The notes beneath the pieces are model-generated. The model saw only the letters and a list, made by a program, of their open reading frames with translations. It did no database searches and was not told where the DNA came from. A DNA stretch of 64,000 nucleotides from Rickettsiales bacterium UBA1997 (lineage in GTDB: Bacteria > Pseudomonadota > Alphaproteobacteria > Rickettsiales > UBA1997). Made by a program: the position numbers and the translations under genes. The DNA lies in contig CAXNJM010000001.1 of NCBI GenBank assembly GCA_964202895.1, forward strand, positions 909,675 through 973,674, read 5' to 3'. The stretch's first letter is position 1; each line of letters starts with the position of its first letter. Shown in pieces: positions 1 through 10,463 of the stretch.

Positions 1-366
1 AGTTGGGTTGCTTTAGGTCATAATGAACCAATGAAAACACCTGATGAAACCCTTATGTTTGTCGATAAATCAAAGGCATTGCAAATTCTAACCGATCAAG
101 TTAATTGTATGGGCTGTTTAAGTCATTGTCGTTTTAGCAATTGGTCAGATAAAGCAGAAAACAACTACACCATCAATCGCAAGGCCGATCCTCGCAGTTT
201 CTGTATTCAAAAAACTTTACAAGATGCAAAAAATGGCATTGATATTGACAATCAACTAATATTTTCTGGACATAGTGCTTATCGCTTTTCTACTGATCAA
301 TTTTATGCTAATGGCTTTGTTCCAACTATTGGCGAACTAGTAAATAGAATAATGCTTGGTAAATAA
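1..366 (+). CDS. Nitronate monooxygenase-like flavin oxidoreductase, C-terminal part (5' end outside window)
   Basis: Frame 1 is open from base 1; CMGCLSHC...DPRSFCIQKTLQ...LIFSGHSAY resembles the C-terminus of alphaproteobacterial NMO-family proteins. Confidence 0.65.
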   Translation, partial: SWVALGHNEPMKTPDETLMFVDKSKALQILTDQVNCMGCLSHCRFSNWSDKAENNYTINRKADPRSFCIQKTLQDAKNGIDIDNQLIFSGHSAYRFSTDQFYANGFVPTIGELVNRIMLGK

Positions 367-369
367 TAA

Positions 370-822
370 TCAATTTACTTGCGAAATATAATTATCAAGT
401 CGGTCTTTATTTATCGCTATTTTCTTCTTATAACTTTTTATAAAATCTTTTGCTTCTTCTAGGTTTAAAGGATTACCAACCTGAATAACCCCAACCATTC
501 CCATCACCGAATGGTTTGAACATTGATAAATATAAATACCTTCTTTTTGGTAATTAAAAACTATTTCTTGATTATTTTCTCCTTTCCAATTATTTGAGCC
601 TTCTGGCACAAAAATCGACCTTGAATTATGCCCTGAATCTACAGGCATAAAAATGACTTGATCCCCTTTTTCTATTTTTAAAAAGGCTGGCTCAAAAATC
701 ATTGACTTACCATTTTTGCTATTCAACATTTCAACCTTATATTTCTTTGCCCAAGAAATTGCTGGCAAGAATATAATTAAAGCCAAAAAAACAAGCATTC
801 TTGTAAAATTTTGTAAATTCAT
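370..822 (-). CDS. Pseudoazurin (type 1 blue copper protein) with signal peptide
   Basis: VEMLN...MIFEPAFLKIEKGD, GHN, and CSNHSVMGM copper-ligand loop (His, Cys, His, Met); start moved to ATG 822 because the ORF-track extension overlaps katG. Confidence 0.85.
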   Translation of the reverse strand: MNLQNFTRMLVFLALIIFLPAISWAKKYKVEMLNSKNGKSMIFEPAFLKIEKGDQVIFMPVDSGHNSRSIFVPEGSNNWKGENNQEIVFNYQKEGIYIYQCSNHSVMGMVGVIQVGNPLNLEEAKDFIKSYKKKIAINKDRLDNYISQVN

Positions 823-917
823 TAAATGCCTAAAATAAATTAAAAAATTTCTGACTAGTTTATCAGCAAAGAAAAAATCAAGAGGCAATGAGACCGCCCC
901 TTGATTAAAAATTAATT

Positions 918-3164
918 TTATTTTTTTATATCGAAACGATCCGCATTCATAACTTTCGTCCAAGCCTTAACAAAATCTTTGACAAATTTTTCTTTACCAT
1001 CATCAGAGGCATAAACTTCTGCAACTGCACGAAGTTCGGCACTTGAACCAAAAACTAAATCAACAGAAGTAGCTTTCCACTTAAGTTTGCCAGTTTTTCT
1101 ATCGTAAGCCTCGTATAAACCTTCGACTTTAGTAGATTTTTTCCACTCATTAGACATATCAAGCAAATTTACAAAGAAATCATTGCTTAATGATCCGGTT
1201 TTTTTAGTCAAGATACCATATTCAGAATTGTCTGCATTTGCTCCTAAAGATCTCATTCCGCCAATTAAAGCAGTCATTTCTGGAACCGTTAAGCCAAGCA
1301 TATAAGCACGATCAATTAAAGAATTAATCGGCGATAATTTAGCATCTTTGCTGTAATAATTTCTAAAAGCATCAGCTTTAGGCTCTAAAACCGCAAAAGA
1401 TTTAATATCGGTATGATTTTGATTGGCATCAACTCTTCCCGCCTGAAATGGAACTTTAATTTTAAAGCCCGCTTCACGAGCACTTTTTTCAAGAGCAACA
1501 GAGCCTCCAAGCACTATAACATCCGCAAGAGAAACTTTTTTACCTTCCATTAAAGAATTATTAAAAGCTTTCTGAATTTTTTCCAAAGCACTAATAGTTT
1601 TATTCAATTCTTGAGGATTATTAACTGCCCAGTTTTTTTGAGGCTCTAGGCGGATTCTTGAACCATTGGCACCACCTCGCATATCAGTTACACGAAAAGA
1701 AGAAGCCGAAGCCCAAGAAGCCTTAACCAATTCAGAATTTTTTAAACCAGATGCTGAAATCTTGCTTTTTAATCTTTCAATATCAGAATTATTGATTAGA
1801 GCATGATTAATTTTAGGAAGAGGGTCTTGCCATGCAAATATTTCTTTCGGAGATTCCTTGCCAACATATCTAGCACTAGGACCAACATCCCGATGAGTTA
1901 ATTTAAACCAAGCTCTAGCAAAGGCTTTTTCAAATTCTTTTGGATTTTCTTGAAAATTTTTAGCAATCTTGCGATATTCTGGATCAAATTTTAATGATAA
2001 ATCTGTCGTCAACATAATCGGGGCAGTTCTCTTTGCGGGGTCATGAGCATCTGGCACTAGATTATTAGCATTTTTATCATCGGGAACCCACTGAATTGCA
2101 CCGCTAGGGCTTTTGGTTTTTATCCAATTAAAAGAAAATAAATTATTGAGATATTCATGAGTCCAAACAGCAGGGTTGGCCGTCCACGCACCTTCAAGAC
2201 CACTAGTTATAGTATCAACTCCCTTTCCTGTTTTGCATTTATTTTTCCAGCCAAGCCCCTGCTCTTCAATTGAGGCCGATGCAGGCTCAACATCAATACA
2301 TTTTTCTGCTTTATGAGCACCATGAGATTTTCCAAAAGTATGCCCTCCCGCAATTAATGCTACCGTTTCTTCGTCGTTCATTCCCATATTTGCAAATGTT
2401 TCACGAATTTGATGAGCCGCAGAAATAGGGTCTCCATTGCGGTTCGGACCTTCAGGATTAACATAGATTAAGCCCATTGTTGTTGCACCTAAAGGCTTTT
2501 CTATTTTGCCTTTATTATCAAAGCGATGACTTTTCATAAATTTATTTTCCGGACCCCAATATACTAGATCTGGCTCAAAATCATCCACTCTACCGCCAGC
2601 AAAACCAACGGTTTTAAAGCCCATCGATTCTAAAGCAACATTACCACTTAAAACCATTAGATCTGCCCAAGAAAGCTTATTGCCGTATTTCTTTTTAACT
2701 GGCCATAATAATCTTCTTGCCTTGTCTAAATTAGCATTATCTGGCCAACTATTAAGAGGCTCGAACCTTTGCTGTCCGCCTCCTGCACCGCCTCTTCCAT
2801 CTTCCGATCTATATGTTCCGGCACTATGCCAAGCCATTCTAATAAAGAACGGGCCATAATTACCATAATCTGCAGGCCACCATTCTTGCGAAGTAGTCAT
2901 AACCTTTTTTATTTCCGCTTTCAACAGATTAATATCAATTTTAGCAAATTCTTTAGCATAATTATAATTATCTTCGTAAGGGTTTGACTCTTTTGCTTGT
3001 TGACGAAGCGGAGATAGGTTTACTTTATTTGGCCACCAAAATTCATTTGGCTTAGCTTCAAAATTAGCATTATTTAATGCATTATTATTTTGAGCAGAAC
3101 AGCCCGTAATGGCAACGGAAGCAATAGCAAAAAGCTTATTGGCAAGAAGTTTATTGATTTTCAT
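918..3164 (-). CDS. katG: Catalase-peroxidase with N-terminal lipoprotein-type signal
   Basis: Distal [21 protein letters not shown], proximal [10 protein letters not shown]; two-domain length 748 aa. Confidence 0.97.
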   Translation of the reverse strand: MKINKLLANKLFAIASVAITGCSAQNNNALNNANFEAKPNEFWWPNKVNLSPLRQQAKESNPYEDNYNYAKEFAKIDINLLKAEIKKVMTTSQEWWPADYGNYGPFFIRMAWHSAGTYRSEDGRGGAGGGQQRFEPLNSWPDNANLDKARRLLWPVKKKYGNKLSWADLMVLSGNVALESMGFKTVGFAGGRVDDFEPDLVYWGPENKFMKSHRFDNKGKIEKPLGATTMGLIYVNPEGPNRNGDPISAAHQIRETFANMGMNDEETVALIAGGHTFGKSHGAHKAEKCIDVEPASASIEEQGLGWKNKCKTGKGVDTITSGLEGAWTANPAVWTHEYLNNLFSFNWIKTKSPSGAIQWVPDDKNANNLVPDAHDPAKRTAPIMLTTDLSLKFDPEYRKIAKNFQENPKEFEKAFARAWFKLTHRDVGPSARYVGKESPKEIFAWQDPLPKINHALINNSDIERLKSKISASGLKNSELVKASWASASSFRVTDMRGGANGSRIRLEPQKNWAVNNPQELNKTISALEKIQKAFNNSLMEGKKVSLADVIVLGGSVALEKSAREAGFKIKVPFQAGRVDANQNHTDIKSFAVLEPKADAFRNYYSKDAKLSPINSLIDRAYMLGLTVPEMTALIGGMRSLGANADNSEYGILTKKTGSLSNDFFVNLLDMSNEWKKSTKVEGLYEAYDRKTGKLKWKATSVDLVFGSSAELRAVAEVYASDDGKEKFVKDFVKAWTKVMNADRFDIKK

Positions 3165-3336
3165 TTTTAATTAAAGTTATTGTTTGATTTTAGAAAAATT
3201 ACCTAAGGAAATTTCTCAACAGTAAATAATTGATTTGTGGATGTTAATAATTTTAACAAAATTTTTTAAATAAATAAGTTAATTAATAAAATGTGTTATT
3301 TTAAAGCAATTTTTTACTTATCTTAAACATAAAAAC

Positions 3337-4035
3337 TTAATTAGTGGCAATTAGTTGCCAAGCAGAATTATTAAGCTTTGTATTTTTAGCAAAAACCCAA
3401 TTATCAATCAAATTAATTATCTGACTCTCTGCACCATCAATAACTCTGTTATTTTCGTCCATAACAAAATTGATTTGTCGACTAGCGAATTTTATCGCAA
3501 CTGAAAGATCGTCATCTTTTTTGCTAACCTTAATAATATCAACTTTATCAATAGCAATTATTCTGCTGTTCAGAGTTTTTTTAGAATTTTGTCTTAATAT
3601 TATGGCCTGCTCAAAATTATTAAAAATTAGGCCAGAAGTAAGTTCTTTTAATGATTTTAAATCGCTCTTTGCAAAAGATTCAACAATTTTTGTAAATGAA
3701 GATTTTATCTCTTCAACAAAAATATTAAATTCAGTGTTACTGGCTTTAAAAGCCTCTAATAAGTGATTTTTCTCTTCTTCCGCCAAATTGACTAAAAGTA
3801 AATTTTTAGCATTCTCTTCAGTTGAGCTTTGCCCCACTAGTTTGATTTCTTCTGGCTTGATTCCTTGTGTTGGTTGATTAGATGCGGTATTGCAAGAATT
3901 AGTAAAATTATTGCAACTGGATTTAGCGCGATTAATTATGTTTTCTCTTTCTTGCTCGTCTATTTTGCCAAGATGAGAATTTAATTTATAGAAAATTAAT
4001 ATTGCAACAACTGCAAAAAATATGATATCAAGCAT
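3337..4035 (-). CDS. Tim44/TimA family membrane-anchored protein
   Basis: MLDIIFFAVVAILIFYKL N-terminal anchor; C-terminal Tim44-like domain (VKFASRQI...DNWVFAK); start reset to ATG 4035 because the longer ORF runs through tRNA-His. Confidence 0.8.
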   Translation of the reverse strand: MLDIIFFAVVAILIFYKLNSHLGKIDEQERENIINRAKSSCNNFTNSCNTASNQPTQGIKPEEIKLVGQSSTEENAKNLLLVNLAEEEKNHLLEAFKASNTEFNIFVEEIKSSFTKIVESFAKSDLKSLKELTSGLIFNNFEQAIILRQNSKKTLNSRIIAIDKVDIIKVSKKDDDLSVAIKFASRQINFVMDENNRVIDGAESQIINLIDNWVFAKNTKLNNSAWQLIATN

Positions 4036-4055
4036 TTTATGGTGGTAAGATAAGT

Positions 4056-4133
4056 TGGGGCAAACGACGAGAATCGAACTCGCGACCCCCAGAACCACAA
4101 CCTGGTGCTCTAACCAACTGAGCTACGTCTGCC
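4056..4133 (-). tRNA. tRNA-His(GTG), encoded G-1:C73 and CCA
   Basis: Cloverleaf: acceptor G-1 GCAGACG/CGTTTGC C, anticodon arm CCAGG-TTGTGGT-TCTGG, T arm GCGAG-TTCGATT-CTCGT. Confidence 0.97.
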
Positions 4134-4196
4134 ACATGATTTAATAAATTTAATCAAAAGAATAATATTAAAAACAATCTTGTCAAGAATTTAAAA

Positions 4197-4436
4197 TTAA
4201 CTTTTATCAATTTTAATAATTTTATTGGTTGCAAACGCACCGCTAATTATCGCAACTTCACTCTTTTTAACATTAAAATAATCAGCGATTAAATCAATTA
4301 AAGCCTTATTCGCTTTGCCACCCTCTCTTATTTGAGAAATTTTTATTTTTAGAAATCTATTGCCAAATAAATCAATTTCGTCTTCTATAACTTTACTGAG
4401 TGATGAATTTGCCATCACCTTAACTGATATTTTCAT
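4197..4436 (-). CDS. DUF167/YggU family protein
   Basis: KISVKV...GKANKALIDLIADYFNVKKSEVAIISG...K pattern. Confidence 0.85.
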   Translation of the reverse strand: MKISVKVMANSSLSKVIEDEIDLFGNRFLKIKISQIREGGKANKALIDLIADYFNVKKSEVAIISGAFATNKIIKIDKS

Positions 4437-4453
4437 TAAAAATATCGCTATAA

Positions 4454-5884
4454 TTAAAAATTTATTTTTAAATTAAATTCCGCAATAATTTCTACTAAAC
4501 CAGATTTAAGAGCATCTAGCCCCATAATAGAATTGCTTTCGCACCTTGCAACAATAACTGGCTGAGTATTAGAAGCCCTTAAAAGCCACCAACCATCATT
4601 ATTATCAACCCTTATGCCATCAATATCATTAAAGGCAATATTTTGCTTTTTTAATTTTTGCTGTAATTCGGCTATTATCTTAAATTTTAGGCTATCACTG
4701 CATTCAATTCTAATTTCTGGAGTGCTAAAAGTCTGCGGAATTTCTTTGCGAATTTGCGCAAGAGAAATTGAAGATTTGTAAATAATGTTAATCAAGCGAA
4801 TCGATGCATATAAAGCATCATCAAAGCCAAAATATTTATCTGCAAAAAAGATATGTCCGCTCATTTCTCCTGCTAATAGGGCTTTGGTTTCTTTCATTTT
4901 CGCCTTGATTAAAGAGTGCCCAGTTTTCCACATAATAGGGGTTCCACCATTTTTTTTAATTTCATCAAACAGCACCGAGCTTGCCTTAACATCAGCAATT
5001 ATTACATTATTATCTTTATTTTTGCCAGCTAAAACATCTTTAGCAAATGAGATCATCAACTGATCGCCCCACAAAACTTCTCCTTCGCCATCCATAACCC
5101 CGATTCTATCGCCATCTCCATCAAAAGCTATGCCAAAATCACAATTATTTTCAATTATCGTATGCTTTAAATCAACAAGATTTTCTATTACCGTTGGATC
5201 AGGATGATGATTCGGAAAATCTCCGTCTAGCTCATCAAATAGCAAAAAATGTTCTGCTGAAATTCTATCGGTAATTCTTTTTAATAAAGTTGCAGTAGCT
5301 CCATTGCCGGCATCCCAAGCGATTTTTAATTTTTTCTTTGGCTGAAATTGATCTATTTCATCAAGTAAAGCACTATTGCTTTCCGCTAAAATACAATCAG
5401 ATAAAATTCTTTCGATATATTCTTCATTAATATCGACTTCCTTGACAAATCCATCATTAGAGCTTATAAAATCGCCTTCTTGAGCAATTTTAGCTAAATT
5501 AAGAATATCATCTCCGTAAAAAGGCTTATCGGCAAGAGTCATTTTAAAACCGTTGTGATCTTTAGGGTTATGAGAGCCTGTAACCATTATTCCCGCTACA
5601 CAATCAAGATGATAAACCGCAAAATATAGCAATGGGGTTGGACCAACTCCAATATCAATAACTTCAAGCCCAGATTCCAGCAAACCTTTAATTAACGAAG
5701 CCTTTAACTTTGGCGAACTAACTCTACCATCGCAGGCGACGACAATTTTTTTTAAATTAGATTTCGACAAAAAGCTCGCAAATGATTTGCCAACAAAGAA
5801 GGCATCTTCAACAAATAAGGTTTGATTAAAAACGCCTCTAATATCGTAGGCCCTAAGAATTGAAGGGTGAAATTTATGGTTCAT
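4454..5884 (-). CDS. Phosphomannomutase/phosphoglucomutase
   Basis: RAYDIRG, TGSHNP phosphoserine loop, DGDGDR metal loop, GEMSGH, RASNTQP. Confidence 0.95.
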   Translation of the reverse strand: MNHKFHPSILRAYDIRGVFNQTLFVEDAFFVGKSFASFLSKSNLKKIVVACDGRVSSPKLKASLIKGLLESGLEVIDIGVGPTPLLYFAVYHLDCVAGIMVTGSHNPKDHNGFKMTLADKPFYGDDILNLAKIAQEGDFISSNDGFVKEVDINEEYIERILSDCILAESNSALLDEIDQFQPKKKLKIAWDAGNGATATLLKRITDRISAEHFLLFDELDGDFPNHHPDPTVIENLVDLKHTIIENNCDFGIAFDGDGDRIGVMDGEGEVLWGDQLMISFAKDVLAGKNKDNNVIIADVKASSVLFDEIKKNGGTPIMWKTGHSLIKAKMKETKALLAGEMSGHIFFADKYFGFDDALYASIRLINIIYKSSISLAQIRKEIPQTFSTPEIRIECSDSLKFKIIAELQQKLKKQNIAFNDIDGIRVDNNDGWWLLRASNTQPVIVARCESNSIMGLDALKSGLVEIIAEFNLKINF

Positions 5885-5967
5885 AATTTATGATTTTAAG
5901 ATTTAAATTTAATAAAATAAAATTTTTGTTGATAATTAAGGATTTCGCAAGATAAATGAGCCAATAT

Positions 5968-6681
5968 TCAATTGATTGCATTAAAAATTTGTTGTTGAAA
6001 AAATTTTGCAACCTCATCAGGGTTTTGCGATTCAATAATTGGCCTTCCAACCACTAAATAAGACGACCCATCGTTTATTGCTTGATTAACTGTTGCCACT
6101 CTTTTTTGATCATCTTTTATTAGCTTATCTTCTTGATTTAATCTTATTCCTGGAGTAACAATTAAGAAATTATCGCCAAAATTTTTTCTTAGATTCTTCG
6201 CCTCAAGAGCAGAAGAAACGACCCCGTCAAGCCCACATTCTAGGGCAAGAGCAGTTTTTTTTATGACCAGATCTTGAATTGACAAAGATTTATCAAAGCC
6301 CATTTCAATAATATCTTTATTATCAAGATTAGTTAGCACCGTAACTCCAATTATCTTAAGATTGCCCTTATTTTCGCAAGCTCTCTTCATAATATCGCGA
6401 TTAGCAATATGAATAGTAAGAAGATCTATTGGCATTTTAGCAAGATTTGCCACTGCCCTGCCGACAGTGTTGCCAATATCATAAAGCTTTAGGTCGGCAA
6501 AAATTTTTTTATTTTTTTGATGCAAAAAATCAATTAAATGAAAATAATCTTTACTCATCATTAATTCGAGACCAATTTTATAAAAATTAACTTGATCATC
6601 AAGAATATCAACCAACTTTTTTGCTTTATCTAAGCTTTCTACATCAAGAGCAACTATTAATTTATCAGAAATTTTATTCAT
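5968..6681 (-). CDS. pyrF: Orotidine-5'-phosphate decarboxylase
   Basis: IVALD, YKIG, DLKLYDIGNT, VTPGIR, LVVGRPI. Confidence 0.95.
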   Translation of the reverse strand: MNKISDKLIVALDVESLDKAKKLVDILDDQVNFYKIGLELMMSKDYFHLIDFLHQKNKKIFADLKLYDIGNTVGRAVANLAKMPIDLLTIHIANRDIMKRACENKGNLKIIGVTVLTNLDNKDIIEMGFDKSLSIQDLVIKKTALALECGLDGVVSSALEAKNLRKNFGDNFLIVTPGIRLNQEDKLIKDDQKRVATVNQAINDGSSYLVVGRPIIESQNPDEVAKFFQQQIFNAIN

Positions 6682-6757
6682 AATTGATTCTTGCTTATCA
6701 TTAAATAGATTATTTTAAAGGAACCTCTAAAAACGAAAATTTAAACTCTAAATTTTA

Positions 6758-7534
6758 CTAATTATTGGCGATAATCATAGAAGCCTTGCTTTTATTGGTG
6801 TTTTTTGCTTCTGATTCAGTATCGGTTGTGATAATTTTACCTCCAGCTTCTTTTGCCAGTAAAGCAAAGGCTTTTGCAATGAAATAATTATTTTCGTTAA
6901 ATACAGCCGTATCAAACTTTGCCGAAGATAAATAGCCTATTTCAAGAGTTGGGCAGTTTATACTATAAAAGTAAGGATTTTTTATTTGATAATTTTTAAC
7001 AAAATCATCGAATAACTCGGGGCTAGATGAAGAAACCGCCAAACCTTCGCCATTTTTCTTAGAAACTCTAATTCTGCGATTATTAACAAATGCACCAAAG
7101 CCCTTCTCGCAATAATAAACATCGTTGCCAACTAAGTGATTAATTGCTAAAGCTATTGTTTCTGGCTCTTTATCTTCGCTTCCCTTATGCTGTAAAGCAA
7201 CTGCAATTGTAAAATTAGGATTGGCTCTTATTAAATTATAAAAACCATCAACTGGCACAATTAGATAAGAATATTCAGAAATTTGATTATCTTTATGATA
7301 CTTAATTTTTTTGTTATTTATGCTATCAATCATTGTAATGTCAAAATCTTCTCGAAATTTTTGCAAATCATCAATGATAATCTCGGCAATTTTTCCAAAG
7401 CAAGAAGTGGCAAATTTAAGTGAGGAAGCTGGATTATTTTGCAAGTTTTCTAACTCGATAAAATCTCTCGGCATTCTATTAACCGCTTTTTCAATAGCCT
7501 TGAGAATAATGTTAAGATTTGAACTATATCGCAT
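6758..7534 (-). CDS. SuhB/inositol monophosphatase-fold protein lacking catalytic motifs
   Basis: Alphaproteobacterial SuhB-like N-terminus (LNIILKAIEKA...RDFIELENLQ), EKGFGAFVNNRRIRVS, AKEAGG; DPLDGT appears as VPVDGF. Confidence 0.8.
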   Translation of the reverse strand: MRYSSNLNIILKAIEKAVNRMPRDFIELENLQNNPASSLKFATSCFGKIAEIIIDDLQKFREDFDITMIDSINNKKIKYHKDNQISEYSYLIVPVDGFYNLIRANPNFTIAVALQHKGSEDKEPETIALAINHLVGNDVYYCEKGFGAFVNNRRIRVSKKNGEGLAVSSSSPELFDDFVKNYQIKNPYFYSINCPTLEIGYLSSAKFDTAVFNENNYFIAKAFALLAKEAGGKIITTDTESEAKNTNKSKASMIIANN

Positions 7535-7575
7535 AATATTTATTTAATTGAATTAATGATTAATTAATAATTGAA

Positions 7576-9507
7576 TTAATAATTTCTAGGGCTTGGAATT
7601 AACTTCAATTCTTCTATTTCGGTATAATTTCTAACCTTTCTTAATAAAAATTGATAATTTGAATTGCCGATTATATTTGCACTTTCTGTTAAATCAATCA
7701 ACAAATCAATATTTAAATCTTCAGCAATTATTTTATCAATCTTTTTAATGCCTACAAGGCTGTGAGCCAAGAATTTATAATCATCTCGATAATTAAAATC
7801 ACTGCGATAATGTGCCCCTCGGCTTTCTAGGCGATGTAAAGCCGAAATATTAGTTGCAATTGCATTTAGCAATAAATTTTCTAGCTCTAAATAATCAATC
7901 AATTCTTGATTCCACAATAAATTCTTATTGCTAAAAATATAAGTTTTTAACTTTTTATAAAAATTAAAATTTGCCTTTAAGCCCTCAATTAACAGTTCTT
8001 GATTACGAAATACCGATAAATTTTTGTCATTATTTTTTTGTAAATCAATTTTTAAAGACGATAAACTAAAATGCTTTTTGCCATCGCTAGAAATTGGAGA
8101 TTTGCATAAAATTGCCTTTAAATTGTCAATTTTACTAGAAATTAAATTATTTATATCATCGAAATGCTTTGTTTTTTCCTTTGTTTTTTCTGATTGCAAT
8201 TGATTAATAATTTTCGCACAATGTTCTCCCGCCATTTTGCCAAATACCAATAAATCAAGCAAAGAATTGCACCCCAAGCGATTAGCCCCGTGAACCGAGA
8301 AACAAGCACTCTCGCCAATAGCGAATAAACCATTAATTTTATTTTCCACCAATTGATTGTCTATCACCTTAAAATCAAGCACTGCCCCATTATTATCAGC
8401 AGGAATTCCTCCCATATTATAGTGAGCGGAAGGAGCAACAGGAATAAGATCTTTACTAACATCAAGATTAAGAAATTTTTTAACCAATTCAACCACTCCA
8501 GGAAGTTTATTTAAAAAGGTTTCTTGGCTAAAATGCCTCATATCAAGATAAATATAATCTTTTTTATCGCCACAACCTCTGCCTTGATGAATTTCAGTCG
8601 CCATAGCTTGTGAAACAATATCTCGCGAAGCAAGCTCGATCATTTTAGGAGCATAATTCTTCATGAATCTTTCTCCTTCGCTATTCAATAAATAAGCACC
8701 TTCACTTCTAACTGCTTCCGTAATTAAAAAACCAAAACCCGCAATGCCCGTTGGATGAAATTGGACAAATTCCATATCTTGCATTAAATAACCTAATTTT
8801 AACAACAAGCCCGCTCCATCCCCACTACAAATTAAAGAAGAGGTGGAGTTTTTATAAATTTGACTATAGCCACCAGTAGCAATAATTGTTGCCGAAGAAT
8901 TAAAAATATTTATCTCTCCGCTATTCAAATTAATCGCTACACAGCCGTGGCATCCAGAGGTTTTTATATCATCTTTTTGAGTTAATAATAAATCGCTAAC
9001 AAAAAATTCAGAGAAAAACTTTATATTTAGTTTTAATGCTTGATTGTAAAGAGCCGAAAGCATCGTGTGCCCAGTTTTATCTTTAGAATAACAGGCTCTA
9101 TAAACTACCCCACCTTTACCATAATCAGTACTTTGTCCGCCATAGGCTCTTTGAGCTATGTAACCGTCTTCATTCCTTGAGAATACTACCCCTAGATGCT
9201 CCAACTCAATTATGGCTTCTTTGGCATTTTTGCACAAAATTTCAACCGCATCAGTATCTGCAATATAATCAGCCCCTTTCAGTGTATCAAAAGCATGCCA
9301 CTTCCAATCATCTTTAATTACATTTCCAAGCGAGGCATTGATTCCGCCTTTTGCCGATGCAGTATGACTATTAATTGGCAAAACTTTACTGATTACAGCG
9401 ATGTTGCGAACACCAGATTTATAAGCATTGATTGCCGCCGTTAAACCTGAGGCGCCCGCCCCAATAATAATTAAATCAAATTTTTGATTAATAATTTTAA
9501 AATCCAT
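7576..9507 (-). CDS. sdhA: Succinate dehydrogenase/fumarate reductase flavoprotein subunit family, stand-alone
   Basis: GAGASG, SHTASAKGG (covalent-FAD His), QFHPTG, ELASRD, HYNMGG, HGANRLG, ESRGAHYR, C-terminal RNY. Confidence 0.85.
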   Translation of the reverse strand: MDFKIINQKFDLIIIGAGASGLTAAINAYKSGVRNIAVISKVLPINSHTASAKGGINASLGNVIKDDWKWHAFDTLKGADYIADTDAVEILCKNAKEAIIELEHLGVVFSRNEDGYIAQRAYGGQSTDYGKGGVVYRACYSKDKTGHTMLSALYNQALKLNIKFFSEFFVSDLLLTQKDDIKTSGCHGCVAINLNSGEINIFNSSATIIATGGYSQIYKNSTSSLICSGDGAGLLLKLGYLMQDMEFVQFHPTGIAGFGFLITEAVRSEGAYLLNSEGERFMKNYAPKMIELASRDIVSQAMATEIHQGRGCGDKKDYIYLDMRHFSQETFLNKLPGVVELVKKFLNLDVSKDLIPVAPSAHYNMGGIPADNNGAVLDFKVIDNQLVENKINGLFAIGESACFSVHGANRLGCNSLLDLLVFGKMAGEHCAKIINQLQSEKTKEKTKHFDDINNLISSKIDNLKAILCKSPISSDGKKHFSLSSLKIDLQKNNDKNLSVFRNQELLIEGLKANFNFYKKLKTYIFSNKNLLWNQELIDYLELENLLLNAIATNISALHRLESRGAHYRSDFNYRDDYKFLAHSLVGIKKIDKIIAEDLNIDLLIDLTESANIIGNSNYQFLLRKVRNYTEIEELKLIPSPRNY

Positions 9508-9567
9508 TGAAATTTTGAAAAAAATTTATTAAATTATCTTAATTAAAAATCTTAACTAAAATAAATC

Positions 9568-10335
9568 TTGTTAAACATAATATTTTGCGCTCTTGATGAA
9601 GAGCATTCAATTAAGCATTTCGTTGATAAAATTTTATCACAAATGCAAGAAATTAATCAACCATTTCGCATTATTGCCTGCTTAGATGGGTCAACAGATA
9701 AATCTTACCAAATTATGCAAGATTTAGCAAAAAGCAAGCCGATTATTTTACTTCCCATTATTGAACAAAAAGGCTTAGGAAAAGCCTTTAAAAGAATTTT
9801 TGATTATTTAACTAGCGAAGAACAAAATAATCAATCATTAAAAAACGATGAAGATATAATAATTTCAATGGATGCTGACTTAACTCATCAAACTGAAAAA
9901 ATTGGCGAATTGCTAAATTATTTTAAAAATCATAATCTTGATTTATTGGTTGGATCCAGATTTGTTAATGATTCACAAGTAAAAAACTTCCCCCTTTATC
10001 GTATCGCAATTAGCAGAATCGCTGCCCTTATTCTTAAAATACTATTTCCTATCATTAAAATTAATGGAGAAAAATTACAAGATTACACTAGCGGTTATCG
10101 TATTTATAAATTATCAATCATCAAAAAATTGAAAAATAAATTTATGGATAACTTTATTAGAGAGCCTGAATTTACATATACTTGCGAAATATTAATTAAA
10201 TTATCGCAATTAAAAATTAAAATTGATGAGGCTCCAATTTATTACGATTATCAGCAAAAAATCAACAACAGCAAGCTCAACATTCTTAAAAACTTCAAAA
10301 GATTAATAATATTAATTTTTAGACTCTGCCGTTAA
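9568..10335 (+). CDS. GT2 glycosyltransferase (DPM1/polyprenol-phosphate glycosyltransferase-like)
   Basis: DGSTD, GLGKA, MDADLTH, VGSRF, DYTSGYR; TTG start. Confidence 0.85.
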   Translation: MLNIIFCALDEEHSIKHFVDKILSQMQEINQPFRIIACLDGSTDKSYQIMQDLAKSKPIILLPIIEQKGLGKAFKRIFDYLTSEEQNNQSLKNDEDIIISMDADLTHQTEKIGELLNYFKNHNLDLLVGSRFVNDSQVKNFPLYRIAISRIAALILKILFPIIKINGEKLQDYTSGYRIYKLSIIKKLKNKFMDNFIREPEFTYTCEILIKLSQLKIKIDEAPIYYDYQQKINNSKLNILKNFKRLIILIFRLCR

Positions 10336-10463
10336 AACAAATTTAGCAACATATCCTTGCTGAAAATTACTTTAAACTTGGCAAATAAACTTGGCAAATT
10401 TACTTTGACTTTAATTTATTATTTTTTATTCTTCTTAGCTTATTGTTAAAGCTTAATTAATCA

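Noticed and set aside
10374-10399. Tandem 13-bp repeat AAACTTGGCAAAT upstream of maeB as a sigma54 promoter
   Set aside because: The GG-N10-GC spacing is not met; with only two copies it may be a regulator site or simple duplication, with no further support
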